A stretch of 64,000 bases of DNA from Octopus vulgaris (GCA_951406725.2 OX597816.1:159588001-159652000); one strand, 5' to 3'; shown: positions 28,081 to 42,164, numbered from the stretch's first letter. Program-made: numbers and translations. The notes: generated by a model not told the origin, from the letters alone.

Positions 28081-28842
28081 ATAAAACTGTTATTACAACA
28101 TTATCAACCACTATAGTTTGCTGATTTATTAACTGACAGTATTAGCTACACCATGCCACTGATGTGACACCAACGTTATCAACTTCTACTCTGATAAATG
28201 CTAAAACATAGTAGTACCTTACAACGCAGGACTTCATACAACCAACACAAGCAACACATACATTCAACAGCTGCATCAATTGACTAAGACATTGGTAGTG
28301 GTTGTTGATAACTCTAAACTAATGCTGCTGGTACACAAACAAACATTAATTGACACACAAGTAGCAGCTTACTTAGCTACGATATTCAACAATCGCTACA
28401 ACTGTCACAACCATCGCTACCACTACTGTTAAACCAACAACAACCACAACAAACAACAGGCACACCAACAACCTGGTAAACAGATGCAGTCAAGTGAAGA
28501 CTGAATAGTTGCAACAACAAAGCGAAACCTAAAAACTAGATTCCATTCACAGTTAGCTGCAAAGCAAATGTGAAGCTTTGCTTATTTGATCTAGAAACAA
28601 ACTCCGTTCATACAATATATACTATGGCAATGAATAGCAAAAATTTGTTCTATTTTACATGCATCTGTTCGTGTATAGATGTGTGCGTATTTGCACGTAT
28701 ACACATGCATGCATACATATACATGTGCATTCATGCATTTGTGCATGAATGAACATGTGCATGCACATATGCACACACATATGCATGCATGTGCACATGT
28801 GTACACACACACATACACACTATATACAGGAGTGGTTGTAAT

Positions 28843-29260
28843 AGGCACAGGAGTAGGTGTGTGGTAAGTAGCTTGCTTACCAAACACATGGTTTCGGGTT
28901 CAGTACTACTGCATGGCACCTTGGGCAAGTGTGTTCTACTCTGGCCTCGGGCTGACCAAAGCCTTGTGAGTGGATTTGGTAGACGGAGCTGAAAGAAGCT
29001 CGTCGTGTATATATATATATATATATATGCATGTATGTATGTGTGTATATGTTTGTGTGTCTGTATTTGTCCCCACAACATCACTTGACAACCAATGCTG
29101 GTGTGTTTATGTCCCTGTAATCTAATGGTTTGGCAAAAGAGACCGATAGATTAATTGGCTTACAAAGAATAAGATCTGGGGTCGATTTGCTCAACTAAAG
29201 GTAGTGCTCCAGCATGGCTACAGTCAAATGACTGAAACAAATAAACAAATAAAAGAATAT
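28843..29260 (+). mobile_element. SINE family A
   Basis: Same structure as 2745-3160. Confidence 0.85.
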
Positions 29261-29328
29261 ATATATATGTGTATACACAAACATACATATGTGTGTATCA
29301 TCATCATCATCATCATCATCGTTTATAT

Positions 29329-29369
<41 letters not shown>

Positions 29370-29579
29370 TTTCTACTCTAGGCACAAGGCCCGAAGTTTT
29401 TGCTGAGGGGGCCAGTTGATTAGATTGACCCCAGTCTGCAACTGGCACTTAATTTATCTACCCCAAAAGGATGAAAGGCAAAGTCGACCTCAGCGGAATT
29501 TTAACTCAGAATGTAAAGACAGATGAAATACTGCTAAGCATTTCACCCTGCGTACTAACGTTTCTGCCAGCTTGCCACC

Positions 29580-29639
<60 letters not shown>

Positions 29640-30651
29640 TACATGCACACAGGCATACATAGGCACACATATACAAGCACAGAAATGCCTACACCTGAAT
29701 GAATGAATGAGTGAATGAATGAATGAATAAATAAATAAATAAATAAATTAAATGAATAAACGAATGAATGGAAACTGTGCTGAAATTTAACAACAACAAC
29801 AACAACAAAGAATGTTGAAAGAGGAAAGTCTTTTGATAGTGAAAAAAAATTTTGGGAGTGTTGGTCAGGTGGAGAGAATGTAGCATTGAATACTTGCTTT
29901 ATTCAGATGTTGCTCACCTTATTCTAATGAAGCAGTTAAAGTGATGAAATACAATTTGCTTTAATCAATAGCTTTGCTTTAGTACTGGAAGACAATTATA
30001 AGTGAATGGCATGGCCTTTATTTAATGTATCTGATGTTGTTTTACTTGATCAACATAGAATCGATGATATATCAGGCCTACATTTAAAAGAAATGTAGGT
30101 TTAACAGTGTATTTACAACATTGTCATTGTGCCTGAGAGTGTAAGAGTGTGTGTGTATGTAGCTGCTGCTGTCAACGTGACTTAGCAACAATCAGAAGGA
30201 AACAAAGCACCAGCACCATGTAATTTTTGTAAGAAAAACATATCAGCTACCAGAACTGGTGTCTTGAAAGATTAATCTAATTTTATTTAATTCAGTTTAC
30301 TTTCCCTTTTATAGAAGCATGACTAAATCATCTTTTTAAAGTGATTGAAACTGGTAGCATATTTTGATAAGAATGTAAATCTTTCTTACTTTTATTCATA
30401 ATAAAGTTGTCAAAGCATTTTCTTCTTTCTGTCTTTTAATATACATACATGCATGCATGCATGCATGCATACATACATACATACATACATACATACATAC
30501 CCGTAACTTAGCGGTTTGGCAAAAGAGACTGACAGAATAAGTACTAGGCTTACAAAGAATAAGTCCTGGGGTCGATTTGCTCGACTAAAGGCAGTGCTCG
30601 AGCATGGCCACAGTCAAATGACTGAGACAAGTAAAAGAGTAAAAGAGTGAC

Positions 30652-30698
<47 letters not shown>

Positions 30699-31683
30699 GA
30701 TATATGTGTGTGTGTACGTACACACACATGGAGAGCTCGTCATGTCACCAATGTTGTCTAATGGAAAATCAAGGCCTGATACTATTTGGTCAATGTCTTG
30801 CAACTCCAAAGTAGTGGTCTTTCATCTCTAGTGCAGAGTCTATATTATCTCAAGTCAGCAGAGCTGTGGATTGGCAGAATGGTTTGACCCTAAGAAAAAT
30901 TAAAATTTTTTTTAAAATGTTCCTTGTGGTATTTGTTCAAGCTCTTTATGTTCTGAATTCAAATCTTGCTGAGGGTCAGCAAAATAAAGTATTTGTCAAA
31001 TACTGCGATTGATTAATATAATCAACTAACACCCTCCTATCAAATTGCTGCTCTTCAGCTTAAATTACAAATTATTTTCTTAAGTCATATTGAGGTTAAC
31101 AAATCAGTCGAGCATTCATCAAAATGCCTAGTGCTGTTGAGTTACATGCCTTTAAACTTTGACTTCAAATCCTGCCATTGTAAGCTTTGACTCCCATCTT
31201 CCTGAGGTTAATTAAATTAAGTAAGAGTCAAATAGTGGAGTTAACTTTTATAACAGTTTCTTCCATCAAAATTTATGGCTTCCTGCTAAGGATAAAAATC
31301 CATTTTATGCATTTGGCAGAATCATTAGAATGTGAGACAAAAAGCCTGACAATATTTGTTCTGGATCTCTATGTTCTGGGTTCAAATCTTGTCTAGATCA
31401 GTTTTGCCTTTCATCTCTTCAAGGTCTCTTAAATAAAGTCCCAATCAAGTAACTCCCTCCTGCCAAAATTTTGGTTTTATATCTAATTTAGAAATTACTA
31501 TTATCACCATTCCCTGTGTTTGTATAGGCATGTAGCCCAGCGGTCAGGGTGTTTGACTCACAATTATAATGTCATGGGTTCAATTCCTGGACCAGATGAT
31601 ACTTTGTATCCTTTAGCAAGATACTTCATTTCACATGCTTCAGTTTACTCATCTGAAAATGAGCACAAGCTGAGTGCTGACAC

Positions 31684-31746
<63 letters not shown>

Positions 31747-32519
31747 GCTGTCAAGAAGGCATCTAAGTCTGTTCACAACTACAATTAGTGAAAGTATGAT
31801 ACATTTTACCAAGCCTACACATTTACAAATGACGTTTAGCTCTTTATTCCCAACGCAGCCCATCAATCCACAAGATCATTACTTATCAATGATTTCAAAT
31901 TCCATTGTTATTCTCAGTGGAAGTTTTCTTCATTTCATTTAGAATGGTAAAGTGTCTTTGAGGAAAAAAGATTAAAGTATTGTAACTTTTCATTAAAATT
32001 CCTGTAAAAGAACAACTTTGTGTTATTCGGTTCTTTTGTACTGATTAATTTACCAGCTCACCTGAGATCTCCTCACATTCTTTGATACAAAACTGATCAT
32101 TTAAATTTCTGTAAAGAAAAAATTTTATATTTTTGTTTTTAGAGTGATTGATTACAAAACCACCAGAGACCACTTCTCGTTCTATGATATAAAACTCATC
32201 AGTTTAAAATGTTCAAATTAAAAATAAACCTATCGTGGTTTTATGTGTGAACAATTTGATAAATTATGTTCTAAACATGAGTTTAGTAATGAAAACATCA
32301 GCTGATTAACTAAATCTGTACCAATTCTTGATCACACTATGCAAAGGAAAATTGTTTCACCTGATTTTTTAAAAATGTTTCTGGTAAATTTCTAGTATTC
32401 TGAACATAATGGTAAAATTCCACCAATATTTTGTCAGTTATTTTATCTTCTATTTTTTTATCTTTTACTTGTTTCAGTCATTGGATTGCAGCCATGCAGG
32501 AGCACTGCCTTGAAGGAAA

Positions 32520-33012
32520 CTATTCAGCAACGTGTAACCAAGAGAATACCCTCCATCAGGCATTTGCCATATTCTGAATGCTTTACTTCCCTGGGCATGG
32601 ATACATTGAAACTCTGACGTCTGGCAGCTGACTTGGCAGACACCCATAAAATTATTAACCATCTTACTAACAATAACTCTGAGCACCTTTTCAAACTCCA
32701 CCTGTCTAACACCCATAGACATGTTTACAAAGTCAGAAACATTTTTTCATGCTAAGAGTTGCTGAAGTAGGGAACAAACTGCCAGCATTAGTTGTTAGTT
32801 GTCGGAGCACTGCATCCTTCAAAACTTCCATGCTTCCTGAGATTTGCCAACACTAAACCTGATTTTCTCCCCTCCATACACATGCAAGCATGTATCTGAC
32901 TCATACACTGTTCACTTTCCAGACATTTGTACATTACTGCATATGCTTTATACGCACTTTTGACAAGTTACGGTGCACCTGAACACTGTATACAATGATT
33001 TAATTATTATTA
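32520..33012 (+). mobile_element. CR1-like LINE 3' end inserted in a SINE A
   Basis: Reads QQRVTKRIPSIRHLPYSECFTSLGMDTLKL*RLAADLADTHKII. It ends in a short (TTA)n tail. Confidence 0.85.
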
Positions 33013-33289
33013 AATCAATCCCAGTACTTACATTTTAAGCCTGATACTTATTCTATGAGTTGTGTTTATCAAACTGTTAGGTTATTGGGACATAAAGAAA
33101 CCAACATGGATTGTCGAGCAGTGGAGGAGGGGCAAATGCAGACACACATACACAGAGCCATAGAAACCATGCCAAAAGCAGATGTTGGAACTTGGCACAA
33201 TCTTCTGGGTTGCCAACTCCTGCCAAACTGTCCAATCCATGCCAGCCTGGAAAGAAGGCAATAAATGATGATTGATGATGATGATGATG

Positions 33290-33336
<47 letters not shown>

Positions 33337-33846
33337 ACACACACAAGTGTATATACAGTCATACATATGTCTATGTGTGTATGTCATTATGTCTGTGTTT
33401 GTCATCATCCCCCTCCCCCACTTGAACCCAATATTGGTTTGTTCATATCCCATAACTTAGCAGTTGAATTAATCATGGACTACCTCATAGCTTTGAGATT
33501 TCTATCATGTCATTGTTTATTTTTAGCATGACATTGTAGGGTAAGTGTGAGTGGCCAGATCTAGCCATTTTGAATATAAAACAGGTAGAATATTTGGGTC
33601 TGATATGGCCAGTTTAAACATCAAAGGTTTTAGCTGTACTATTTGCACTCACAGTTGGGATTCTTGGTGCTCTGTCAGAAAAACAGGATGAATGGTTCCA
33701 TCAGGACATACATTTGATAAAGAAATAATATCAGGGAAGGTGAAATGAACCAACAATGGGAGACCACGATTGGAAATTGGTTCAAGAAGATAAAGACCAT
33801 GTAGCATGTCTGTATTAGCGTTAGTTAAAACATGCATTTTTGGACT

Positions 33847-34064
33847 TTAACCCTTCTGATACCAACCCGGCTGAAACCGGCTCTGGCTCTGTAATATAAA
33901 TGTCCTGTTTTCATAAATTTTGAATTAAAATCTTCCACCAAATCTTAGTCACAATTACTGTTCCTAACACCAGCTTAATGATAATTAAGTTATTTTACAG
34001 AATTCTAAAATAATTGAGAGAAACACAGAGCATCCCAAAATAAATACAGTAACAAAAGGGTTAA
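33847..34064. mobile_element. TTAA-flanked MITE, same family as 376-605, reversed
   Basis: TTAA-CCCTT ... AAGGG-TTAA. Related copies lie at 34893-35870 (split by two SINEs) and 52746-52950. Confidence 0.9.
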
Positions 34065-36489
34065 GGTAGGCTCAGGCAACACTGTCAGTTTACAGCTTTA
34101 CTCAGTCTATGATTAGTAGAAATAACAAGCTCCCTTGGACAGGTGTTCTCTGCTATATCTGATTGTCTCTTACACAATGTGCCTGCCACCATGATTCAAT
34201 CAAGTTCCTTGACTTCCTCGCTTTACTTCCAAAGGTCTCCTGGCATGCTGTTTTGCTCTATTGCAGTTTACACAGGCCTCTCTCACACAAGAACATTCTT
34301 CTTCTAATTGACTGGTTACATCATTTCTACCAATCATGGAAGGATAAAAGACAAAATTGACTATGGCAGGATTTGAACTCAGAATATAAAAAGCTGAAAA
34401 ATAATAACTGAGCATCTCAAAACGTTTAAACATTGTTTTATTTGTTTACCTTATGCCAAAAGTAGTTTTAACAAGCCTAAGCAACTTCATCCAGCTTGGC
34501 AGATAACATTTGTCAGATTATCCAGTTACATGCTAGATCTTTTAGTTTCATTTTAAAATTTTGCTTTTGTTGGCATTCTCACGTCATCGGAAACTGGGTA
34601 TTTGGCATCATTTGCGTCACATTCTTGGCACAATGATATCTATTTATTTCTACCAAGCCTTCATTCAGTTGTAGTTTAAACCTTGCACAGTTAACACAGA
34701 ATAGAATCTTCATTGTTATGTCATAATATGAAAATGTGGTAAATGAAAGGTATCAATCATATGTCTAAATAAATATTTATTTGCAAATTTTCTAATATTT
34801 CCTGTAACTAAATGAATCTATACACAAGTGGAAAAACCCCAGGAAGATCTGTACACTGAGTGAGTGAAATTAAAACTTACTGCATGACACCATTAACCAT
34901 ATTCTTGTTACCATATTCCTGATGAAATAGACAACCTTTACCTTAATTCATCATCATCATCATCATCATCATTGTTTAATGTTCACTTTCCATGATGGCA
35001 TGGGTTGGAGGGTTTGACATGGAGCTAGCTAGTAGGAAGCTGTCCAGACACCAACTGTCTGTTGTGGTTTGGTTTCTGCAGCTGGATGCCCTTCCTAATG
35101 CCAACCACTTAAGAGAATGTGCTGGGTACTTTTTACATGCCACTGGCAAAGGTAGATTTACATAGCACTGGCACAGGTGTGTTTTTGCAGCAGCGACATG
35201 TGTTTTTTAGTGGCATCGGCACCTGAAAGGTGCAAGCCTATATGTGTCAAAGACAGCAATTTTACTCAGCTTGATACATCTTATCAAATACATCTTATCA
35301 AATCACCACATCTCCCAGTCCTTTGTGATTTCCTCAGTGAGGCCCAGTGTCTAAAGATCCTTTGAAAATAATAAAGAATTTAGTAAAATCACTTTGTCAT
35401 TATCAAGTTGGTGTTTGAAACATAGATCAACATGAAATCTGGTCTGAGACCCCACCTTCGGTCATGACACAGAGCATGGGATTGCACCTAGAAAGTTACC
35501 CTCCCAGGCACAAGTCTGGGCAAGGTTATTTATGCAAGTCCAGCAGTCGCCCATGCATACCAGTCTCCACGTCACCAATGTTATCCAAGGGAAAGGCAAA
35601 GGCTGATACAGCTTGGCACCTGTGACGTCGCAACTCATTTCTACAGCTGAGTGAACTGGAGCAACGTGAAATAAAGTGTCTTGCTCACACAGCCCGGTCC
35701 GGGATTCAAGCTCACAACCTCACAATCGTAAGCTCGACATTCTAACCACTGAGCCATGCACCTTCACATAAAATTTGATGAAAATCTTTAATTTAGATAA
35801 TTTTAAAATATGGAGTTTGTATCATAGAACCATGGACAGCCTCAGCCAAGTTTAGTATCAAAAGAATTAAGGATTTCCAGTTGCTTTTGCTGATGTTTAG
35901 CCCCAAGTCAGGTCTGAACAAGTTGATCTACGAATGCCCCACAACATAACGCCATTAATGATTACCTTTTGTTGTTCTTCTTCTTTAGCCCTAGGTCAGT
36001 GCTGAGCAAAGAGATTTATGGAAGTCACACAACATGACATCATTTATGATTTGCTGCTGCTGCTGCTTTTATTGTTTAGCCCCTGGTCAAGGTAGTCTGC
36101 AATGAGACTTAACCTGAAGCCATGTGGTAGCAACATAACCCTAACGTCCAAGTGATACATGGTAACACGCACCAATCTTTCGCAAACTGTTTTAGATACC
36201 TATGTAGCACTGAGCAGATGTAAACAGCCTTTCTGTACACATACCCCTTGACCCAGTGTAATATCAAGAATGTGACCATTGGAGTGAGAAAGGAATGCAC
36301 TTGTTTGATGCTAGTGCTCAAAGTCCAGCTAATTAAACTAGATCAATGTGAATAAAGTGAAATGAAACACCTTGTTCAAGGATACAACACATTTCCTTGT
36401 CCAGGAATTGAACTCATGGCCTTATGATCATGAGCCCAACACCATAACCACTAGGCTACATGCCTTTAAAGTAGTTATATATATTCTAT

Positions 36490-36720
36490 ATATCACTTGG
36501 GAGCAGAGAGGTCAGGACAGAGGCAAGTGGCTATTAGCTGTCTATAATTGTATAATTGCCTGCAGACCTGTGAAATCAAAGGATTGCTGCAGATGAGCAA
36601 CACAAGCAGACCAGAAAAACCAGTGCTTTCAAATCACCAACTACTACAACCATTCCCTGTCCACACTGGCAGAGAACCAGGGCATGACTTGGCTTAATCA
36701 GTCACCAATACACCCACTAT
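36490..36720 (+). mobile_element. RTE LINE 3' remnant with a C-terminal zinc-finger-like motif
   Basis: Reads TWEQRGQDRGKW and RIAADEQHKQTRK..TIPCPHWQRTRA*LGLISHQYTH. Confidence 0.75.
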
Positions 36721-36958
36721 ATATATATTAATAATTAATAGAAGCAACAGAATTGACACACAGGCCAAGAGTTTCATGAGTTGACACTAGGCACATGCCA
36801 TCAGTAATTACTTAGGGTAGGCAGTTGGAGACTTTTATGTAGTAAAACACACAAAAAATAGCGAAACACAGGTGTGTGACTGAGTTGAAGGCAGATTTAC
36901 TTCTGCCTATATAGCACGTAAAGAAAATGGTGTTGTAGGAGTGTACGCAGCACGTGTA

Positions 36959-37395
36959 CTACAGCAGTACTATACGTAGCAGGGTAGGTGTGGAGACAGA
37001 GAGAGCAGATGCACAGTCCATGGAACATGCTCTGGCAAGGGCAGTGTAGATAGTGGTGAGGGGATATCCACGTAGGATGAAGTGGCGAGCCATGAGTTGA
37101 AACTGAGTCTCAAAGTCATGGTCATTACTGCAGAGCCTGCGTAGACAGAGGAATTGGGAATAGGGGATGGAGAGCTTGGTGTGTTTAGGGTGGGAGGAGG
37201 ATAAGTTGAGGTATGAGTGGGAGTCAGTGTGTTTGTAGTGGATGGAGGTGGCGATAGTGGAGTGATGAATGCCGACCAAAATGTCGAGAAAGGCAACTGA
37301 AGTGTTGGAAATAGTGCAGGAGAAGCGGAGGGTAGGATGGAAAAATTTGACAAAAGAGAGGAAAGAGTCTAGATGTTCGTGGGGGAGTGAGGTTG
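36959..37395 (-). mobile_element. Penelope-like element reverse-transcriptase C-terminal fragment
   Basis: One open frame reads LDSFLSFVKFFHPTLRFSCTISNTSVAFLDILV..IHYKHTDSHSYLNLSSSHPKHTKLSIPYSQFLCLRRLCS..FILRGYP, matching the PLE YxKPTD..HPxH.KxSIPYSQFLRLRR signature. Confidence 0.9.
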
Positions 37396-38587
37396 CACTG
37401 ATGTGTATGTATGTTTGTGTGTGTGTGTGTGTGTGAGTGTTTAGCTTTGTCCTGTGTATGAGTCATAGACCAAGGTTTCCTGTTGAAATCAAGTAAGAAA
37501 TAATGCAAATTATATTCTTTTATTTGTTTCAGTCATTTGACTGCAGCCATGCTGGAGCACCGCCTTTAGTCGAGTGAATCAACCACCAGAACTTATTCTT
37601 TGTAAGCCTAGTACTTATTCTATTGGTCTCTATTGCTGAACTGCTAAGTTACGGGGACGTAAACACACCAACAGTGGTTGTAAAGCGATGGTGGGGGGAC
37701 AAACACAGACACACACACATACGATGGGCTTCTTTCAGTTTCTGTCTACCAAATCCACTCACAAGGCTACACTAGCCAAGGTGCTATGCAGTGCGACTGA
37801 ACCCAGAACCATGTGCTTGGGAAGCAAGTTTCTTACCTATAGCCACACCTGCAGCTATAGCCACGCCTGCGTCTATAGCCATGCCTGCAAGTAAATATGT
37901 ATGTATATGTATGTGTGCATGTGTGTGTGTGTGTTTTGTTTCCTTGTTAGATATTGCATGATAGCTGTACATGAGTGTCCCTATTATACAACTAGTATAT
38001 TTCATTTCCAATCTTCCATGAAAACATGTCCTGCTATGGGGAAATAACTTGCTTGAAAACAGGTAATGGTTGGTAGCCAGAAGGGTATCTGGGTATAGAA
38101 AATCTGCCTGAAAAATTCTTTCTGACCCAAGAATTCTTTCTGACCCAGAATTATGTGTGTGTACATGTGTAGGTGCGTGAGCGGAATGTGGGTATAGCTG
38201 TAAAGGACATGCATCATTTATGAATTGCCATGAGTTTAGTTAGCTTGACATGTATTCTCAAGCACAGCAAAGTGCGTCACCAGAAGTCTCGGTCTTTTGT
38301 CGTCTCCTCAGTGAGGTTCAGCATTTAAATATCCTTTCTCACCACTTCGTCCCACTTCATCCCAATTTGTCCCACTTTGTCCCCCTTCATCCCACTTCTT
38401 CCTTCTACTCCTTCCACAGGTTCCTTCCGGTTAAAGACTAGTACTTCTTTATGCAACCGTTCTCATCTATATGCATCACATGACCATACCAACACAGTTT
38501 TCTCTCTTGCACACAACATCTGGCACCTCTAATACCCAATTTTTCTCCTAAATCATTTACACTCTATTGTACAGGAACACTGACATA

Positions 38588-38638
<51 letters not shown>

Positions 38639-39335
38639 TACACATATTTGTGTGTGTGTTGTGTGTGTTTGTGTGTGTGTGTGCACACATGTGCTCAGGT
38701 CACGTGTGATTGTGCTGATTAAATAAACAATAGAATTGATAATTATGTGACAAGTTATAGTCTGCTCTGCTACCAGCATGGATAAAGGAAATCTGGATAG
38801 TTTGGCTAGAAATAGCAGTTAAATATTGCTATACTTATGGGACACCTGGTATAAAATTATACCTAATTGTGAATGTGCATATGAACGTGACCAAGCGCAC
38901 ATCAGATGTATATTGCGTGTGTGGGCTTCAGCAAGCAGAACATTTCTGGCCGACACCTCACATGTTCCTCTTTGCATTACAGATGGTCCTTTGTCAAGTT
39001 GAAATAAAAGCAGAGCTGTTTCAGAAATCACTAGCATCATACATTGACATTGAAGACGTGTGCACACACACACGTATGTATGCATATATATATATATATA
39101 TATATATATGGACAACGGACGTTAACTGATGATGATGATGATATATGTATCTCTATGTATGTATGTATGTATGTATGTATGTATGTATGTATGTATGTTT
39201 GTACATATATATATATATATTTACATATTAGTCACGTATGTATGTCTGTTAAGTAAATGTAATAAGTGTATATGTGTGTGTCTGTATTTATATGCATGTA
39301 TGTATTTATGTATGTACACATGTATGTATGTGTGC

Positions 39336-39399
<64 letters not shown>

Positions 39400-39401
39400 G
39401 A

Positions 39402-39528
39402 AGTATAAGGAAGGAAAAAAACTCTAAGTGTAGATGAAATTTAATTCAATTCAAATCCAAGTTGAATGTCTACTGGATTTGAATTGAATTGAAGTTCATT
39501 TACACTTAGAGTTTTTTTTCCTTATACT
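39402..39528. repeat. Near-perfect inverted repeat, ~50-bp arms
   Basis: AAGGAAAAAAACTCTAAGTGTAGATGAAATTTAATTCAATTCAAATCCA pairs with its downstream complement, with 3 substitutions and 1 indel. Confidence 0.9.
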
Positions 39529-39951
39529 CTATTTACTGTTTTTGCAAATACTGAATATATATTTTTATATATATTCTTTACTTGGTCTGTATCAGCAGAC
39601 TTGGATGTTTGACATCCCTTCGAAGGATTTTGGTCCTCACCTCTTTTATAGGCATGTAAAAAGCACCTACCTATCGTGGATGTTGTCAGCCTCCTCTGGC
39701 CCCGGTGCCGGTGGCACGTAAAAAGCACCAACCTATCGTGGCCGTTGTCAGCCTCCTCTGGCCCCTGTGCTGGTGGCACGTAAAAAGCACCCAATACACT
39801 CACAGAGTGGTTGGTGTTAGGAAGGGCATCCAGCTGTAGAAACACTGCCAGATCAAACTGGAGCCTGGTGCAGCCTCCTGGCTTTCCAGACCCCAGTCAA
39901 ACCGTCCAACCCATGCTAGCATGGAAAACAGATGTTAAATGATGATGATGA

Positions 39952-39988
<37 letters not shown>

Positions 39989-40907
39989 TAAATTAGAGAT
40001 AAAACCACTACTAGGCAAATCAAACAGTGAAAATCATAAGCCAATACATAGAAATAAAATTAATTAAAAAATATATAAAAAATATAATATATAAAATATA
40101 AAAATCCAATTAAAATATTTAAATTAAAGTTAAAATTTTGAATTTTAAAAAATTATTTAAATTAATAATTTCAACTTATAAGTTATAAATATATATATAT
40201 TTTTATTATTATTTTATTTAATTATTTATTTATTTTATTTATATTTTTTATTTTTTATTTTTTAGAATTTTTTAAAAAATATATATATATATATATATTA
40301 AAACAAAATAAAAAATGGAACAAGAAAGTAACTGGTGACAACAAAACATTCAGACAGTTAGACGATAAAAAAGGACAGGAATAAACAAGGACAGATCATT
40401 TGGGGCTTTCAATCTTCAGTTGAGTACTAGATCGTCTTACCAGTTTCGGCTGGTTACTCTCATCAGTTACTATATATATGTGTGTGTGTGTGTTTGTTTG
40501 TTTATATATATACACTCATATATATATTGAGAGAGAGAGAGAGAGGAAAGAAGGGACACGTGTGTGTATGCGTACGAGCATGTGTGTGTACATGTCTGTG
40601 TGTGTACATGTCTGTGTGTGTACATGTGTGTGTGTATGTACATACATGTATGGGTTTGTGTGTATGTGTGTGTATTCTCGTGCATGTAGGCAATGCCATG
40701 TGGTTGAGATGTTTGCTTACCAACCACATGGTTTTAGATTTAGTTTCATTGCATGACACTGAGCAAGTATCTTCCACTGTAGCCCTAGGATGAAAAGCAA
40801 AGTTGACCTCGGCGGAATTTGAACTCAGAACATAAAGACAGATGAAATACTGCTAAGCATTTCACCCGGCATGCTAATGTTTCTGCCAGCTCACCACCAA
40901 ACCTCCA

Positions 40908-41048
40908 TGTTGTGATAAAAAAATGTTGGCTCTGCCATGCCATTGTGGAAGATATTATCCACATCATCAGCAGCTGCCCAAAAATGTTTATGAGATACTA
41001 ATGCCCCTGAGGTATAATATAGTTGCAAAAACTATTTACAATGCTCAT
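40908..41048 (+). mobile_element. Fragment of an RLE-type (R4/NeSL-like) non-LTR retrotransposon
   Basis: Reads CWLCHAIVEDIIHIISSCPKM (CX2CX8HX4C knuckle), then after a frameshift PLRYNIVAKTIY (RHN-like motif). Confidence 0.75.
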
Positions 41049-41363
41049 TATTTACATTATTTACATTTGACAGATATTTGTCCTGATCTTGTTTGCTAAC
41101 ACATTTCAGCTGATATACCCTCCAGCCTTCATCAAGTATTTTAGGGAAATTTCGAACCTGGGTTCTCATTCCTAAGGTACTTCTCGATGTTATTATTATT
41201 ATTATTATTATTATCATTATTATTCAGTCGCTGCCTGGAATTGAACTCGGAATATTGGGGTTAGTAGCCTGTGCTCTTCACCACTCGCCCACGGGCATGT
41301 GGTGTAGTGGTTATGAGCGTGGGCTACTAACCCCAAGATTCTGTGTTTGATTTCAGGCAGTGA
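41047..41363 (-). mobile_element. tRNA-headed SINE-like element with a hammerhead-like tail, plus a head-to-head second tRNA-like copy
   Basis: On the minus strand: tRNA-like head (GGCTACTAACC, GAGTTCAATTCC), then (AAT)n, then TTGATGA-A-GGCTG..CAGCT-GAAAT, then an (ATGTAAATA)n tail. An inverted head lies at 41293-41363. Confidence 0.65.
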
Positions 41364-42164
41364 TGATGATGATGATGATGATATGTGTGTGTGTGTGTGT
41401 AGATAGAAAGATGGATAAATATATTCGTGCTTTCAGCTATCGCTGTTGTTGCATGGCTGGTGATGGCAGTAATAGTACTATTGGTGCTTTCAATGACAAT
41501 AACGTTTGTGACGTAAATCCTTGTGGTGGTAGCAGCAGCAGCAACAACAGCAGCAGCAGCAACAGCAATAGCAGCAGCAGCTATAACTGCAGCAGAAGCA
41601 CTAAGTTGGCCCTAGGTCAGTCCTGTTGAGGCCTTAAATCAAAGACGTTCTAGCTATAACCAATAGAATACAATGGCCAAACACTGTATCCAGAACAGCA
41701 TAATCCCCTGTGTCCTTCCATTTTTTTTCTTTCTGAAATAGCAAGGTGTCATTCGAGGGAAATTTGGCTGATATTTCTACTTAGTGGAACTATTACATAG
41801 ATGCTTCCACAGTGGTTGGTGGTGGCTATTTTTACTATATCAACATCACCACCAACTCCACCACCACAACCAGACCAGTCCCACAACCAACCCCACCAAC
41901 CCCAATTGCAACCTCAAGTACTGTTGTTGCTATTGTTTAACTCTGGCTCATCTTTGATCGAGCATATAGCTAAAAAGTTCTCTATGAATCTATGTGATTT
42001 CAGGTTTAATCCACTGTGCAACACCTTGGATACAGTGTCTTCTAACCCAAGCTGGCATAGGCTAGACAATTTGACTGGGCTGGCATGCTGGAAGGCTGCA
42101 CCAGACTCCAGTCTGATTTGGCATGGTCTTCTACAACTGGATGTCCTTCCTAATGCCAACCATT

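Noticed and set aside
41227-41363. Functional tRNA genes
   Set aside because: The A and B boxes and stems are degenerate and the copies are tied to repeat tails, so they are SINE heads. The same applies to 45169-45240.
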